Part shown: positions 49,331 through 63,118 of the stretch, piece after piece
Layout: the number at the start of each line of letters is the position of its first letter
How positions within the stretch are numbered: position 1 is the stretch's first letter
From: Phoronis australis
Lineage: Eukaryota; Animalia; Phoronida
Length of the DNA stretch: 64,000 nt
Reading direction: 5' to 3'
Assembly: GCA_002633005.1 (NCBI GenBank)
Contig: NMRA01000130.1
Coordinates: 478,531 to 542,530 of the forward strand
The notes under the pieces: model-generated
Database searches by the model: none
Seen by the model: only the letters and a program-made list of their open reading frames with translations
Told to the model about the DNA's origin: nothing
Made by a program: the position numbers and the translations under genes

Positions 49331-52300
49331 CATTGTAAAAATTTAAAAAGTTGAAACAGTACAGTGTCTGGACCTGTAAATACTGTGGCTGATCTGCTAA
49401 ATCCAGTGGAGGCATGATTATGTCAGCACAGCTTTGTAGGGAAGTTGGCTTGTGTGTTGTTGCAAGCTTTGCTTGCACCAGAACTACTGTGCGAATAGCA
49501 CAAATCTAAATTTGACTGGATTGAATTTTTTCCAGCCACTGATCATGCTCCTGGGTCAGTGGATTAAGTTGGTTCAGCCACATGGTAATGGTACATTGTT
49601 CTTTTTGTTTAGCCACTGGATTTTTTGGTCTCAGGGTTTCTCAGTGTGGCCATTACATTTAGATGTTTGTTTCAGGATTTCTGACCACTGTACTGTTTCT
49701 TTTCCTTGAAATTGTGCAATTGATCTGAATTTATGTTTATGCATTTTATTTACCATAATTAATGGATTTTTGTTTGTAAATTAGTATTTGTTATTGACAT
49801 TTGAGCCCCTGTTGCAGTTTGGCTGGTTTTGTTCACGTATCTTTCTGCCTGGGTTGTAAACCTGCATTCCATCCAAGAGGTAATGTTTTGATTTAGAACA
49901 TTTACCTCTATAAACTTTTCTCAATTTGTTCCTTATCCAGACAGGAAGTGATATCTGGAATTGCAGCAAAATGACAGTTTGCTATTACTTGAGACCATGC
50001 TGTGTGCATAACATCACACACTACTATACACGCCATCTTATAGAGATGTCCACTTCAAATGATTTTTTGTTGCAGTACTGAAAAGTGTTGTCACATTAGC
50101 TCTGGTGACTCCTTAGTTTTTGGTGAATTGACAATTTTATGGTTCCCATGAGTAATTTCATAACTGGTCTAGTATGTATGTACAACTGTCATCGCTCGGC
50201 AATCGTAATGCAAACTATGTTGCAAAGGTACTTTTTCCATGACCATTTCATTGCAAAAATGCTGTCTAACTGAAACCGACAAGCCAAATTTTCATTTTGT
50301 GGTAGTTATTTGTTGATAAGAACATTGATGTGGTACATAATTCTCCGTACAAACAGCCACCTCAAGTTTGTGAAGAAGAAATTTACAGTGTTGTCGGCGA
50401 CATTGTGAAATCCCTTTTTCGCAGTGAGACTACGGTACCGTACATCACCTTAAGTGTAATTTCCTGACTTTATGGGTTTTGTGTGGTTGACTCTGTCCTG
50501 TATCAATTGGAGAGTTGAAAAGTCTGGAAGGCATTTGTTTATTAGAGTCATACTGGTAAAATTTGCACTTTTGACTGCGCAGTTATCTTTGTATTGTATT
50601 ATGAACACATATTTTGTAGTATACTAGTATCTGGTTGGTGTTTTATATTTTTTCACAAGGAATATTTTCAACTTAGATGAGTTGTCTGTGAGGTAGATAA
50701 CTTTCAAATGAGATGAGGAATAAGATTGTCAAACATTTTATTATTTTTTAGGTGTGTGATCTTCCAGTACGTGATTACTTTCGAAAAACCAGTGCAGAAT
50801 TTGATCTTTACTCTTCATTTAAAAGAGAACGAATCCATAAACCTGCATTGTCTAGAACTTTTACTCAAACTGCATATTTAGGGTTGTGGATTGGAATCTT
50901 AATACAACGGACTCTGAACCCAAACCATGAGCAATACAACACAATACATGGATATAGAAATTTGGTGTTTAGGTTCCAAGGGAAGGATTCGTGTGCGCTA
51001 TACGAGTTACTGAGGTGCGTGATAAGTGTTTGTGGATACTTTGGGATTCCTCTTCTGTGGTCATCCACCGGAAACCTGGTCGCATAGAGAACAATAGATT
51101 AGCATCATCATTGTTCCCATTGTTATAATAAAGACAATGACAAGCATTTATCGGCAACGGTCTAATGTATGGCCAAGGTTCTATATCCATGTGACCTGTG
51201 TTGTTATATCCAACAATAACACAACAGCGGGAAACAATGATACGACTGATGGGCAATATACATGCGACAAGTTACCATGGATAGTGGTAGACTTTGTCTT
51301 GTCGTTCGAATGCCTTCAAAGAACTGCAAACCTGGTATTTCGTCAGGAAAACAAAAGACTTCTTCGGCCTTTTGTTTAAAGTCGTATAAAAATTGTGGTC
51401 ATGCCACTAAACGTTTCATTTGATATTACAATGAATTGCATAAACATTTAATCAACAGAAAATCTGATTTGAATACGTGTGAAGAAATAGCCATATGGAA
51501 ATTACAAGGCATAACAACTATAAATCAAAATAACCTACATTTGTCGAGTTCATGTCACTGGGGAGGACATAATCAGTTTTTACAAAAATGGAGCCATGTT
51601 TTGTATCTAGGTGTACTATAGTCTTAGGTGGTAAGTAATAAAACATTCAAAACATTCAGGAGGAACAAACTCATTGCAAAATATCAAAAACATTAAAGAC
51701 AAGCTGATTTTACGTGGTGATGCAACGATCTCAGATATTTGAAAAGTTCTCATTTTACATCTGAGGTGCCAAAATGTATAACTAATAAACTGGCTGACAA
51801 AGTTTTTATTTTATGCAATGAAAGTAATATGTTTTGTCAACATTATGGCCAAGTTTCATTCTCATAGCAGTGGGGGCAGATTTGGTACAGCAGTGTACTG
51901 AACACAACCTCAAAATGGCATAACGGGGGGCAGTGTAGTAAAACTACTAAATGAGGGTGGTAAATCGGTATCTTTGTTTTCAAGACATCTGTATAACAAT
52001 CTCCTGGCATCACTAAACAATGCCATATTAATAATAGTTCAATAGCTTTTATTCAAGGAAAAATGTAAGCGTTTAAACCTGGACAGTTTTTACAGCGTGA
52101 AAACATGGCTGCGAAGCCGTAAAATGTGTTTGAGCCCATAACTTTGGTAGAACGCAACATTTTGGGGAAAATATTTTACCACTGTTTATAGATCCCATAG
52201 GACTACCTATGTGTCAAATTTGGTGAAAATCGGCTGATCCCCACCTTGCCGCTGGGTGGCTGGTGCTCTCGTGGACAAGTACTTAAGACGTAAATTTTGT

Positions 52301-53966
52301 GTTACACTCCCGCATCACACTTGCTGAAAAAACACTTAACCACACTTTATTAGGAGCGTATCAAAGTGTGAAATTTATAGAAATCATCTCAGTAACTGGT
52401 TGTCATGTGTATATTCTCAGCGAGATTCAATTATATTTCTGAAGTAGTTGTGTGGAGCGCAAGACCAAATTTCTGACATTTCAAGAAACAGTCCGACAGA
52501 GTTAGAAATTGTGTCGAGCGGAAGATGCTTTTGTGCTGTCACAAGACTGAAGAACTGTATGTTCAAACTAAATGACGAATCAGATGCTATCCCTAAGAAA
52601 AAAAGTTCAATTTCACTGAAATCAAAAGGAAGTGCAGCCTTGACGGACACAATTAATAAAATCACATTAAAATCTCACATGGAACATTCAAATGTCACAT
52701 GTGAGAACCAAATGTTTCATGTGAGAAATGCCATTTGTCACATGGATCGTGAGTTTTACAGTTAAGTAAAAAACCATTTTAGCAAAGTAAATACTGAAAT
52801 GAAACCACTACTAATACAGCTACCCACTGCACCTACTTTCAATAGAATTGAGCAAAAAATTTTTTGAGACATTGTGATGTGGAAATTTCGTATTTTTTTT
52901 GAATTGCCTTAACAATATAAGTCATGGATATCACTCTTCCTAACCACATGTTAATATGACATTCATAACTAACCAATGTTGTTATTACAATAAAAATTCA
53001 GCAGTTCTTTCTCAATTATTCTGAAGGTCAGGAAAAATGAGTGGCAAAAATGTCTAGGGAACAGAACAAAAAACTATTGATATGAATAGGAATTAAATAT
53101 GTACCACAGGTATTACGAGTGTAACACTGTACAGTGTCTCAAAAGAAACATTTAAAATCCCCGAAGACACCGAACTCGGATGGCTAAAAGGACTCTAAAG
53201 AGCTTATTGATTTTCTAAGCATGCCCTGAGGTGATGAGAATTCAGGACCATTCCTAAACACCGTTGGTCTATTTATATACTCGATCACCAACATGTTGTT
53301 GATGGTGTTTTGGGTCGTTCATACCTTCATGTCTTTGTGCTTCCTTGAAATAAGCGCCAATATTTGGCGCAATTTACTGTTAAAACTACACCACTTCGGA
53401 CGTAAAAAACGGCCAGAATTATACATTTTCATTTTTAGAAGCTTCAAACTTTGTCGCGAATGCTCGCAGTTTTTCAAAATCATCTCAAAGTAGTTACAAT
53501 ATGAAAACAGTTTCCTCGCCATCCTCTCACAAGTTTGGAAAAGAGATATACTCTTTAGTGTGTACGCAATGCAACAGCTGCCTATTTTTTTGAACAGCAA
53601 ATAATTACCGAAAGATTTTGTTCCCCATTTTTACAGGCCAACTCCTTAACTATAAATGATCAAAATTAAAGTGTTTTACAATGAGGTTGGTTGGCAGCCG
53701 TCTGTCTCGAGAGACAATTGCCCCCTATGCCTGTCATTGGTTGGATTGCAACGTCGGCTGTGACTAAGAATTCCGATTGTGTAGCGGCAGGTTCCGTCAC
53801 AGTTGTCACAGCCGTGTATTTGATACAGTTCAGTAGGAGCACAGGCTGCCCTCTGATGCCCCTTTTACAACAATTGCGCAACAAAAAAAAAACTAGTGCT
53901 AGAATAACATTCCACTAGTGTGCCAAAATCGGTGAAAAATTACGGTAGTTACAAACGGCCACTTAC

Positions 53967-54094
53967 CATTGCTGCTGTTCAAGCCATTGCGAGAAGAAGT
54001 GGCGCACCTCGATGGGAAAATGCACCCCATAAATATTCTGCACTTGGCGCATGGCATCCCCCTGCAGCTGTTGGGTCTTAGCCCACAAAGACAT
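53967..54094 (-). CDS. STAT5: STAT coding exon 1 ([43 protein letters not shown])
   Basis: STAT5 N-domain motif FPIEVRH; TG|GTAAGT donor; 128 nt. Confidence 0.95.
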
Positions 54095-57000
54095 GTCCTC
54101 CTGTTTGATGTGGCCTGTAACAGACGGAATGATATAGGGATGAGACTAATGCAAAGTGCAGACGCAATGGGCCTGGGACCAGTTTCATCCACTAAGTAAT
54201 GGGCCCGTTATTAAGCGATTGCCTGGTTCTCTAAATCAGGGACCGCTGTATCCGTTGGCACTATTGTACAAGGTATAGCCCAGCAATAGACTGTGAGGTA
54301 TAACAGAACGGACACTATATCACGTGGAAATCACGTTGAAATTTTGAGCTCTTACGCTCAAATTTGACTGCCCTGCTCAAATTTCGCCTGTGGTATCATG
54401 ACTGATACTTTTAAGACAAAATTTCCCCAATTTAGGACACAATAGGGCAGACAATTGAAATTTTATTTTCTCACTTTTTTCATGAAAGATAAGTAGCATC
54501 AAATTAATGCAAGTTCTGTAGCAAACAACAGATATTTTTTGTAAACATGTGAGCATTCACAACAATGTTAGAAGACCTTGAGAAATGAAAAAAAGGATAG
54601 TTTTGGCAATCACGTTTATCTGAAATTGATGAGGTATCAACTTGTAAAAGGTAGTCACCATTGTCATACTTTTCAGTTTAATAAGTCCACCCTGCAGACT
54701 AAATTTATCCACTCTCATGGAATTATTCTCTACGATCCACAAAAAAATAACCAAGAACACAATGGCCACCCCTCCAATACTTAGCTCAACATTGTGATCG
54801 AGTCGTTCCCACACTCAACATTACCCGTTGAGAACACCTGCAACCTACAGAACAAATATGACAACTGTCTATGTTTGCAGATGTGTTGGTGAAGGAGCTC
54901 TGAGCCAAACATCTATGTCTGTGAAGAACACTTGCATAAGGTGAAAACTATCCACTGGAATGCTGACTTTTACCAAAAAATGAGGCATTCCAAACCCAAC
55001 AGATACTGACAGTAAATCAACAGACCCATCTTCTAAAACTGCATGCATTCGCATCTCATGGGTTCATTACAGATAACACAGACACTCTATGCATGTAATC
55101 AGCTTAGATTCACTCAATTCAGCTAATAAAGAAATAATTCGTTCAGTAGCACCTCTCAATGAATGTCGAATTATTGACTTCTCGCATTTTGCCCTATAAC
55201 TACCCATAAAACTCTAGTGAAGACTTGACAACAAGACTCGTACCTCTATTTCGAGAAAAGAGCAAGAACTCGGCTAAATAGCAGCCAGACATTGTCACAG
55301 ACAAACACTGCTGCCTTGCTAATCAGACAGTGATAAACAAATAAAAGGGGGGGTCTCATGGGCCCTAAAGGGTAAATTCCCAACAGTAGGTATTGACATT
55401 TCTAATAATAGGTATTTAATATGTTTCCAACAATAGGTATTGGAATAACATCACAAGCGTGATTGATCCTCACACTCAGTGACCTCCGTATTCAAATACA
55501 GTATGGGTCAAACACTTGATAATATTTCTGGACAAATAATTACGGTAAGCATTCTTCAATTTTAAGAGCAAAATAATAACTAAAATTCCTATAACTATAT
55601 TCAGAGGCTCACTACATTGCTCAAAATGCAAAGGTTGTTTGGTGAGAGTTATACACACACAGGCAAAGTGAAATATACGGAAAAGCTGTTTTTCTTGAGA
55701 AATCCATCAAAATGAAATTTCAGTTATCAGCCACATCAGATCCCAATCCTAGACTCCGTCACATCAAATGCATATGACAGATGAAAACCACTTGCTGATT
55801 CTTTCATCTTCTTACAGTAAATAACAAAATCAACTGGACAGACATGTACACACACTTTTCTCATGCTATCAACACGAGCTGTTTGCCTGGTAAGTCACAG
55901 GAACATTCCAGAACATCCATCAGAATGCATAACTATCAGTTGCTGCACTGATCTAAACGTTAATGATTGCTCTCTAAGGCATATAACTTCACATATCATA
56001 TTTTCGTAATTGTTCTACACATTAAAATTGTGTCAACTGACTGTGACTGTTGCTGCTGTCCATGGAATTAACTTAACTTGGTTGAAGCAAGTCTGAACTA
56101 CAAAACTGAAAGGTATGTGGTCAGTACCGTAGTGGGCTAGAACCTACAGTCTTAACTTTGATTAAGGCCACTTGCCATTAAAAATTGATCTCACCTTGTT
56201 CGTAACTCTGATCACAAGTGGTTTCTGAACTTAGAAAACTGACATTTTGTTACTGCTTGTAACCTTGCACACGACACGTCGTGACAAGTCAACTCGCAGT
56301 GTCTGGTCTCGGGCAACGACAAACTCTCGAGTATTTCCAATGACGAAAACCACTTCACGGAATAATTTGAGAGCAATTGATAGTTTGTCTAAATTAAATT
56401 TGGAGTTTGTGATTGAAGGTGAGTTTGTAATAACTCATGTATTCTTGACTTTTTGTTAGATTTGTGATAAAGCACCTGTATCTCATGATATGTGATTAGC
56501 TGGCCATGACACGAGATGAATTCTCGTGGTACGTACATGTTTTACAAATCCCAGCTTGTGTTAGATTATCTCCCCTTGTAATAATTCTTCACCAAAAGAT
56601 TGTGATGAGTGATGCTTTATATTGTCAAATTTCTTCCAAAAATAAAGATTAAGAATATTTCAGTCTTTCTGTTGCTAGCAATGGTTTGAAGTGTGCAATG
56701 TCACAAAACAACACTGAGTAAAGTTTCCATTATTTGTAGCGAGATAATGAGCCTTACAAGGACTGGAAAATGGCAATGATGACAATTGCTTTGGTGCAAA
56801 GAAAGTGGAAAATTACCATAAATCCATAATGAAGAGCCTCCTAGGCAAACAGCCGACAAGTATTATGCACAACCACTCAGGCACACACACACACACAAAA
56901 CACACAATGTTGACAACTCAAAAGCAAGAGCAAGAACATATGACTAGACAGAAAAAAATCGACCGTGTTGAACACAACATTGTAATAATGCAAGAATGTT

Positions 57001-60000
57001 GTTTTCTGCTTTACACAGAAGAGGTACAAGTAAAGGTCAGACACGTAAGTAATACACGTCAAGCTTTGAATAAGACATTAACAGACAGTGATGCCGAGTG
57101 CCTAGTCAGCTTCAAGAAGTGTTTTCTTTCATGTCACGGTTAAGTGCCACAAATATATCCTTGCTAAAAATACCACAATTATAATAAAATAAAATACACA
57201 CCACAGGAAATATAACCAAGAAGCAGAATTATTTGAAAAAAGATTGAGAAGACCATGGGGATTGTGGTTGTCATGACGATGCAAAATATTTTCTGATTTA
57301 TCATTTAGAGGTTCAAGGCTTATCCACAAGCAAATTATCAAGGACTGACTGATTATAATTACAATTTAGGTGTTTGTACATATATGGCCATTACTGAAAT
57401 TAATTGACTGTTCCTTTACGGTAAGTAGTCGCGTCACATCCAGAAAAAATTGTTATTAAAATTGCCTTTTTTATTTTCAAAGACTTGTGAATGCCCGTAT
57501 TTTTCAAAACATTCCTCGATGGTTGGTAACTGATAACTTAAGCATGAGAAAGCATTTATTTGGTGCTCTGCATCTTTCGTGGAATGGGGGAAAATAAAAT
57601 TCCACCTACACGACACATTGTCTTCTGGTGAGATTTTATCCAATGTTTTTCAACAACAATTAAAATCGACTACAAATCTGTCAGCTAACAACGACAACAG
57701 GCGATATAATCTCTTAAATTCAAGGCCCTATCGAACAAAACTTAACCCAAGTATGACGGGCACTGATGTTAACTGCGAAGTTAGCTAATTAAACCGTTTA
57801 TACCAGGGTCGGTAGTTAATGGAAACTGAAGATAACGGTAAGTGATGTCGTCGTCATCGAAGCAATCACTATTGCAGAGGCCCCTGGTGATAACTTCGAT
57901 GAGAGCAAAGATAATCATTCACGCCATGCCGAAGCAACAACACTTCGCCATTAACTGACGCTGCCAACTTTGATCGAGGACTGAAGTTAACCATTGCAAG
58001 GCCCTCAATCCTACGAATTTGGGGTTGAGTATCGGCCCCATTCCCCTTTGAAAAATATTGAAAAATCGTGAAATTCTCGTCACGAGGTCCGAAAATTCCC
58101 CTCAAGTGACTGAAAAATTCTCCTCCAGGTTCAAATCACTTGTAACCCCCACAACTGACAATTTGAAAGAGTACAAAATGTTAGTTTTGGCTACTTGAGG
58201 CAAAGCCTATGAGGGCTTGCAACAGGGTGGGAGGAATTGTTGATGGTGATCGGGAGGTAGAATTTTCCTCTACCAAAAAATTCCCCTTTGAGAAGGCACA
58301 GGCAACATTCCACTCGGATGAACAAGGGCCCTGCATTGAAACAGACTGCAATTGCCAAAAACAACGATGCACCGACATTGGTAAGAAAAGGCCTTTAGTC
58401 AAGTAACAGCTTAAAGACATTGAATCTTCTCTTCATTAAAAATTAGCAACTCATAAAGAGACAGCTTAAACTAAGTACACACAGTAATCTACCAAAGCCC
58501 TGACAGCTTTGCTAAGACACTTAAGATAATTGGACAAAATTTACATCAAACTGTATCTAATTTAGCACGACTTATCTTCAGGCCACATGAGGTTTACCAA
58601 ATTTGAATAACGTGTGTTGAGCAAAGTCAGCTTATGTCAAAGCCTGAACAAGGGGGGTAAAAATTATGGATAACAAATAAAGAGGGTGACATTGCTCGCA
58701 AAAATTATCTTAATTTGCATAGACGTGCTTCATTAAAGGCTCTAATTCAGAAAAGTTGACAAAGAAAGTACCCGGTAAGCGTCTTCAGAACAGAGATTTT
58801 AAAGTTTAAGTTGTATATAAGTTCTTACTTCGCAGTTACAAATTTGGTTACCAGCGTTTAAAATACATGAGGCTTTCGAGCATACAGTCTGGTTGGTAGT
58901 GTCATTAACTAAACTCAACAAACACAGGCCACTACAGTCACAGGTTACAGAAGTTGAGGGATGCGACCATCGAGGGTCACGATAGTCGCTGCACAATCCG
59001 CTCAACTGTCTTAAATAAAGAAAGAATTTCTTGACCACTCAGTAATTAAATATAGCAACTTGTCATCAACTGTGAAGACTAATAGGCACATGGAAAAAAG
59101 TTAAGAGCCTTATCCAATTGTTATGGCCTACTTTCTTTGACAAACTTCCATAACCCTTTACAATTGGCCTAATTATTTGAATTCAACCGAAATTGAAACT
59201 TCCCAATATTGCAAGCTCCAGCACAAGCGTTAATTGGTATAAGTATTTTGTATAAGACAATGTATTTTACTTGCAATTATTTGGTTAAAAGTTACAGATG
59301 AATGAACCGAGAAAATAAAACTATTGCTCTTGCGACAAATGAAGATCACGTGCCCGTCTTCCACAGCAAATGAGTAAGCATACGTGTAGCCTCGTTTTTC
59401 GCCACTAGGAGTCAGTTTGGTTTTAAAGGAAGAAAGATTTCAGTCAGTCAAAACCAGCAACTGTTAAGTTGCTAGTGACAGCGGATGGCACCAATATTAA
59501 AGCAAGACTGCATTTTACTTAAAGTGGCTGTAAACCTTGACTTAAACCATTTGTGCCGCCATGAAATTAGCCTCAAATTGCTCCTTTCTCAGATGAGAAG
59601 TGAGTTTTCGTCAAACACTTTCTTACAGGTCGAGACCATGTTTGGTGCAAAACACGGCATGTTGACTACTCTAGAGATCCGAATTGTAAAGACAGCAATA
59701 ATAGTATAGACTGGGATGTTTCACAAATTCCAATAGTAGTAGACAGGAATAATAGTATAGAACCCACATTTTTGCCTTTAGAAAAATGAATAGTATAGAG
59801 CGGAAATTTGCGAAAAATTTAGTAATAGTATAGAATGGAATAATGATATAGGTCGCAGTTGTGTACATACATAACATGGCCAGTTTTAATGCACTGCAGA
59901 AGACGCAAACGGTTTTGTTGTTACTAAATAATGTTTACTTTGGAATGGTTTAAGTTTTGAAGTATATACAGTTGCATAATTCAACGAAAAGAAATTTTCA

Positions 60001-60139
60001 ATTGTGGAGCTATGTTCACCCTTTCGCTCCAACAATACCAGCTGGCATATGCTTGCACTAATCCAGCAAAACAAAGAAATTAAATTTAGACTACTTCACA
60101 TTATTCGATTACTTTTTTTACTTGCGATATAATTGCAAT

Positions 60140-60263
60140 GATTTTTGAAAAGTGGTATCCCAACATGACTTGGCTTAAGACAGCAGAGCAACTGGGTGAC
60201 AGATTTTTGAAAAGTGGTATCCCAACATGACTTGGCTTAAGACAGTAGAGCAACTGGGTGACA
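60140..60263. repeat. Direct tandem duplication, 62 bp x2
   Basis: GATTTTTGAAAAGTGGTATCCC...GCAACTGGGTGACA occurs twice with one substitution. Confidence 0.95.
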
Positions 60264-60737
60264 GGGTGTTGACATTGACAGGTACCTACAGATGAAATTT
60301 GAATTATTTATATATTTTTTTAAAGTTAATGAAATTAAATATTCCAATTTATCATGTCTTAATTTTATTTTACTTAAAAAATGTACATTATTATCATCTA
60401 AACATCTGATGTCATGTGAATTGTTGAAAATGAAGATATCAAAAGGTAAATAATTGCACCTTGATAACAGAAAACCAGTTATGTTCAGAAAAGAATCATT
60501 GAATCATACTTTACTTTGTCAACTATATTTACAAGTCGCAATCGTTATGGAAGACCAGCTGTAGACTAAATATCACAAGAACAATTCCTGCAGGTGAGAT
60601 AATGACGAGAGCAGGTAAATTGAAATGAAATCTCATATTTTAAGGAAACTTGATAATTTTCTGAATAATTTTCTGTTCAGAAATTACGCTGACGAGTTCC
60701 TGTCTTGACAGGTTGTGAATAAGTAAACGTTACGGAG

Positions 60738-62150
60738 CAGGGCTCGACATTAAATTTTATTTTAACTTGTCCAAACATATGTGAATTTCGCACATTATAC
60801 CTGTTAGCACAAGCTCAATACATATATGTAAGAGCATGTATTACACAATTTTTAAATTTTGCACAAGTTTATTAAAGTGTTTGTATTTGGATTTCACCAG
60901 CGAACACGCCACAAGTTTACTCTGGTCTTTCAATTCAGTTATATGTTTTTTATAAGCTGCTGAGTGAGCCATCCACTGTTTGTGACTTTTCCCACTGGAC
61001 ACTTAGGCAACCACACACGTGCTAATGATTGACAGGTCTTCTTACTGAATACTTTGAACTTAGACAACCAAACACATGCTAATGATTGACAGGTCTTCTT
61101 ATTGAGTAGATTTCTTTTTGAATTCAAAGCCCACACGCACCTGCTCAACAATCCGACCATACTACTATTAGGCAACAGGGGTACTCGGTCAGCTGCCAAA
61201 ATAACGAAGCAAAAATACATCTTGTAAAAAGTCATCAGGCAAATCAAAATTTCAAAAAAAATAAGTTTTTATCCACGTGGAGCGTGGACAGAATGTCCGA
61301 CTTTCGCTAATGACAAGTTGATTTTTTGCGCTCTTGCCTTTGGTTGAGCGCTTCCATTTTGGTGTCAGGAGTGAAGTCATTAAAAACACGCGTTTACCAA
61401 GACGGGTACAGCGACGCAAGTTGGCTTGTCACAATGGACCATGTCCTTTTTATTTCAATGCTCATGGTGGTTATGTTTCGTGTACTGTTCACGGGAATCA
61501 CAGAAAGGTTGGCCACGGACGTGATATCCCTGACAAGTACTGCTTTATTGGTTCTTCTACAGCAAAGGAAAGGTAAGCGAGTTGTGCACGTTTTGGAACC
61601 TTAATTTTGTGCATTCACAGAAGCACAGATACTTTTGCAGAAGTCTCGATCATGAAAAGTTGGGGGTGGGCAGTATGCCGAGCATGGGCCGTAACCTGCA
61701 CGAGTACGGTAATACATTAAGTGAACTGGTTTGAGGCGCCCTCCGAATGACACAAATCATCGAGAAACTGGCGTGCTTTCAAAACGCTCGGAACTACGCT
61801 AGGACCTAGCTAAAATCCAAACTTTGCCAGATTACGTGAGATACTGCCGTGTATTTAAATGAGAACACGTCACTTTGGCTACAACTATTCGAATGCAAGT
61901 GCCACGGATCGCGTCCAGTCATGAGCTCCTGCATTATCTAAACAACACTTTGTCGATTTGCGCCGCATATTACCGACACTGATGGCTAAACAAGTGAGTT
62001 AACCTTGCCGTTATGAAGAAGTTCTGATCGTTCAGATTTACTATAGTTTCCAAAAATTTAACTTGTCCCGTCGGACAAGCTGCTCGGCCGTGAGCTTGTC
62101 CGGACCAACAAATTGGTTGTCCCGGGCAGTCGGACTACCGTCGAGCCCTG
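60738..62150. mobile_element. 1.4-kb non-autonomous hAT-like element, 5-bp TSD CGGAG
   Basis: Perfect TIR CAGGGCTCGAC / GTCGAGCCCTG; CGGAG at 60733-60737 and 62151-62155; subterminal TTGTCC repeats. Confidence 0.85.
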
Positions 62151-62199
62151 CGGAGTGGAATTTTGCAAAAAGCACGCATCCAACTCTCATTTCCAAGTC

Positions 62200-63118
62200 G
62201 TCAGTTTGGATTTCCGAATATCCCCTAGCAATCCTTCCTGTTTTGTATAAAAGTGCTGCACACATTCGTGTTCACTAACACCAAATGTTCTGCAAGCACG
62301 ACAGCTGACAAACCGATCAAAATACAGTTGGTGAAATTATGGTACGATAACGATAAACCAAGACATCATATCCAAGCCCATGTTGACGTCTACCATTTTT
62401 AGTTTTTCCAGCATAAACGTCGAGACCGCAACAATAGCCCGTATCAGCCTCACATGTTTGACACACTTTTATGCTTCATTTAGTGGGTTTGGCTGGTATG
62501 CCTGAAGAGTAATAGGGATCATAGTTCACGTGTGTGTATAGTAGGCTGGTTTGCCGGTGGTTGCTGGAGTCACCAAGATGGTAATTATTGATTAATTTTA
62601 GAGAACCGGTCTCTTGTCATGATACAAGAAATGGCCATTTAATGGGTCACCAAATCTGAAGTCCAATACAACCAGTCTAAGTAAGTTTTTTTTTAATTCT
62701 CATCATTATGTTGATGCAACAAACACTCCAGTTTTTTCAGTAGTTGCCATCTTGGGTCGGAATTTAGCAATATTTTTTGATCGGCAAAATTGGTTTCGCT
62801 GATGACCGAGTCAAAATATGTCTACTAGATTAGAAACAATGAGGTGTAATCCAGTTGCAGTGCATTTGCATTGGTCGGCAGATGATGTCACATACTAGAA
62901 ATCACTTGAAAAGCACGAGTCTGCAGTCAAATCGGAAGTCAGTGGTTGTAAAAACTCATCATCATCCGAACTTTAACCGCTCAGCGAGCTCACCTCAGAC
63001 ACATCGATATCCGACTTGTTGATGACGGCGATGGACTCTTATTTAATTTCAAGTACTTCTTTGTCAGTAAAACCGAAGAAAGCATCATCACTGTCATTCA
63101 AATATCACTCGATGCCAT
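62200..63118 (-). pseudogene. Degenerate, internally deleted piggyBac (PGBD-type) transposase
   Basis: Ordered motifs across frameshifts and stops: DSDDAFFGF, FDSVISETN, YWTSD, IMTRDRFSKINQ, PAKPTK*SIKVCQTCEADTGY...DVYAGK, HGLGYDV, LYFDRF, NRK. Confidence 0.8.

Larger units (their letters stand above)
28894..54094 (-). other. STAT5: STAT5-like transcription factor gene, complete CDS, 17 coding exons, 799 aa
   Basis: N-domain, coiled-coil, DNA-binding, linker, SH2, pTyr (GYV) and PQSP tail are all present. Exon lengths sum to 2400 nt with consistent phases. An acceptor just 5' of 54114 implies an upstream non-coding exon that I could not locate. Confidence 0.97.

Noticed and set aside
51620-52273. 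Element ending TGGTGCTCTCGTG (CAC terminus, Transib/Chapaev-like)
   Set aside because: I could not find the matching other terminus or a TSD.
54825-54844. Possible 20-nt STAT 5' UTR microexon (tgtAG...GG|GTAATG on minus)
   Set aside because: Splice signals alone are insufficient without transcript data; the true first exon and promoter could not be located.
43872-56362. GAS motifs TTCNNNGAA (43872, 45030, 56354; also 14771 and 19673) as STAT autoregulatory sites
   Set aside because: Roughly 20 such matches are expected by chance in 64 kb at this base composition, and I saw no tandem clustering.
57860-58420. Slightly GC-richer block with short ORFs on both strands
   Set aside because: No recognisable motif or consistent splice structure; probably repeat debris.
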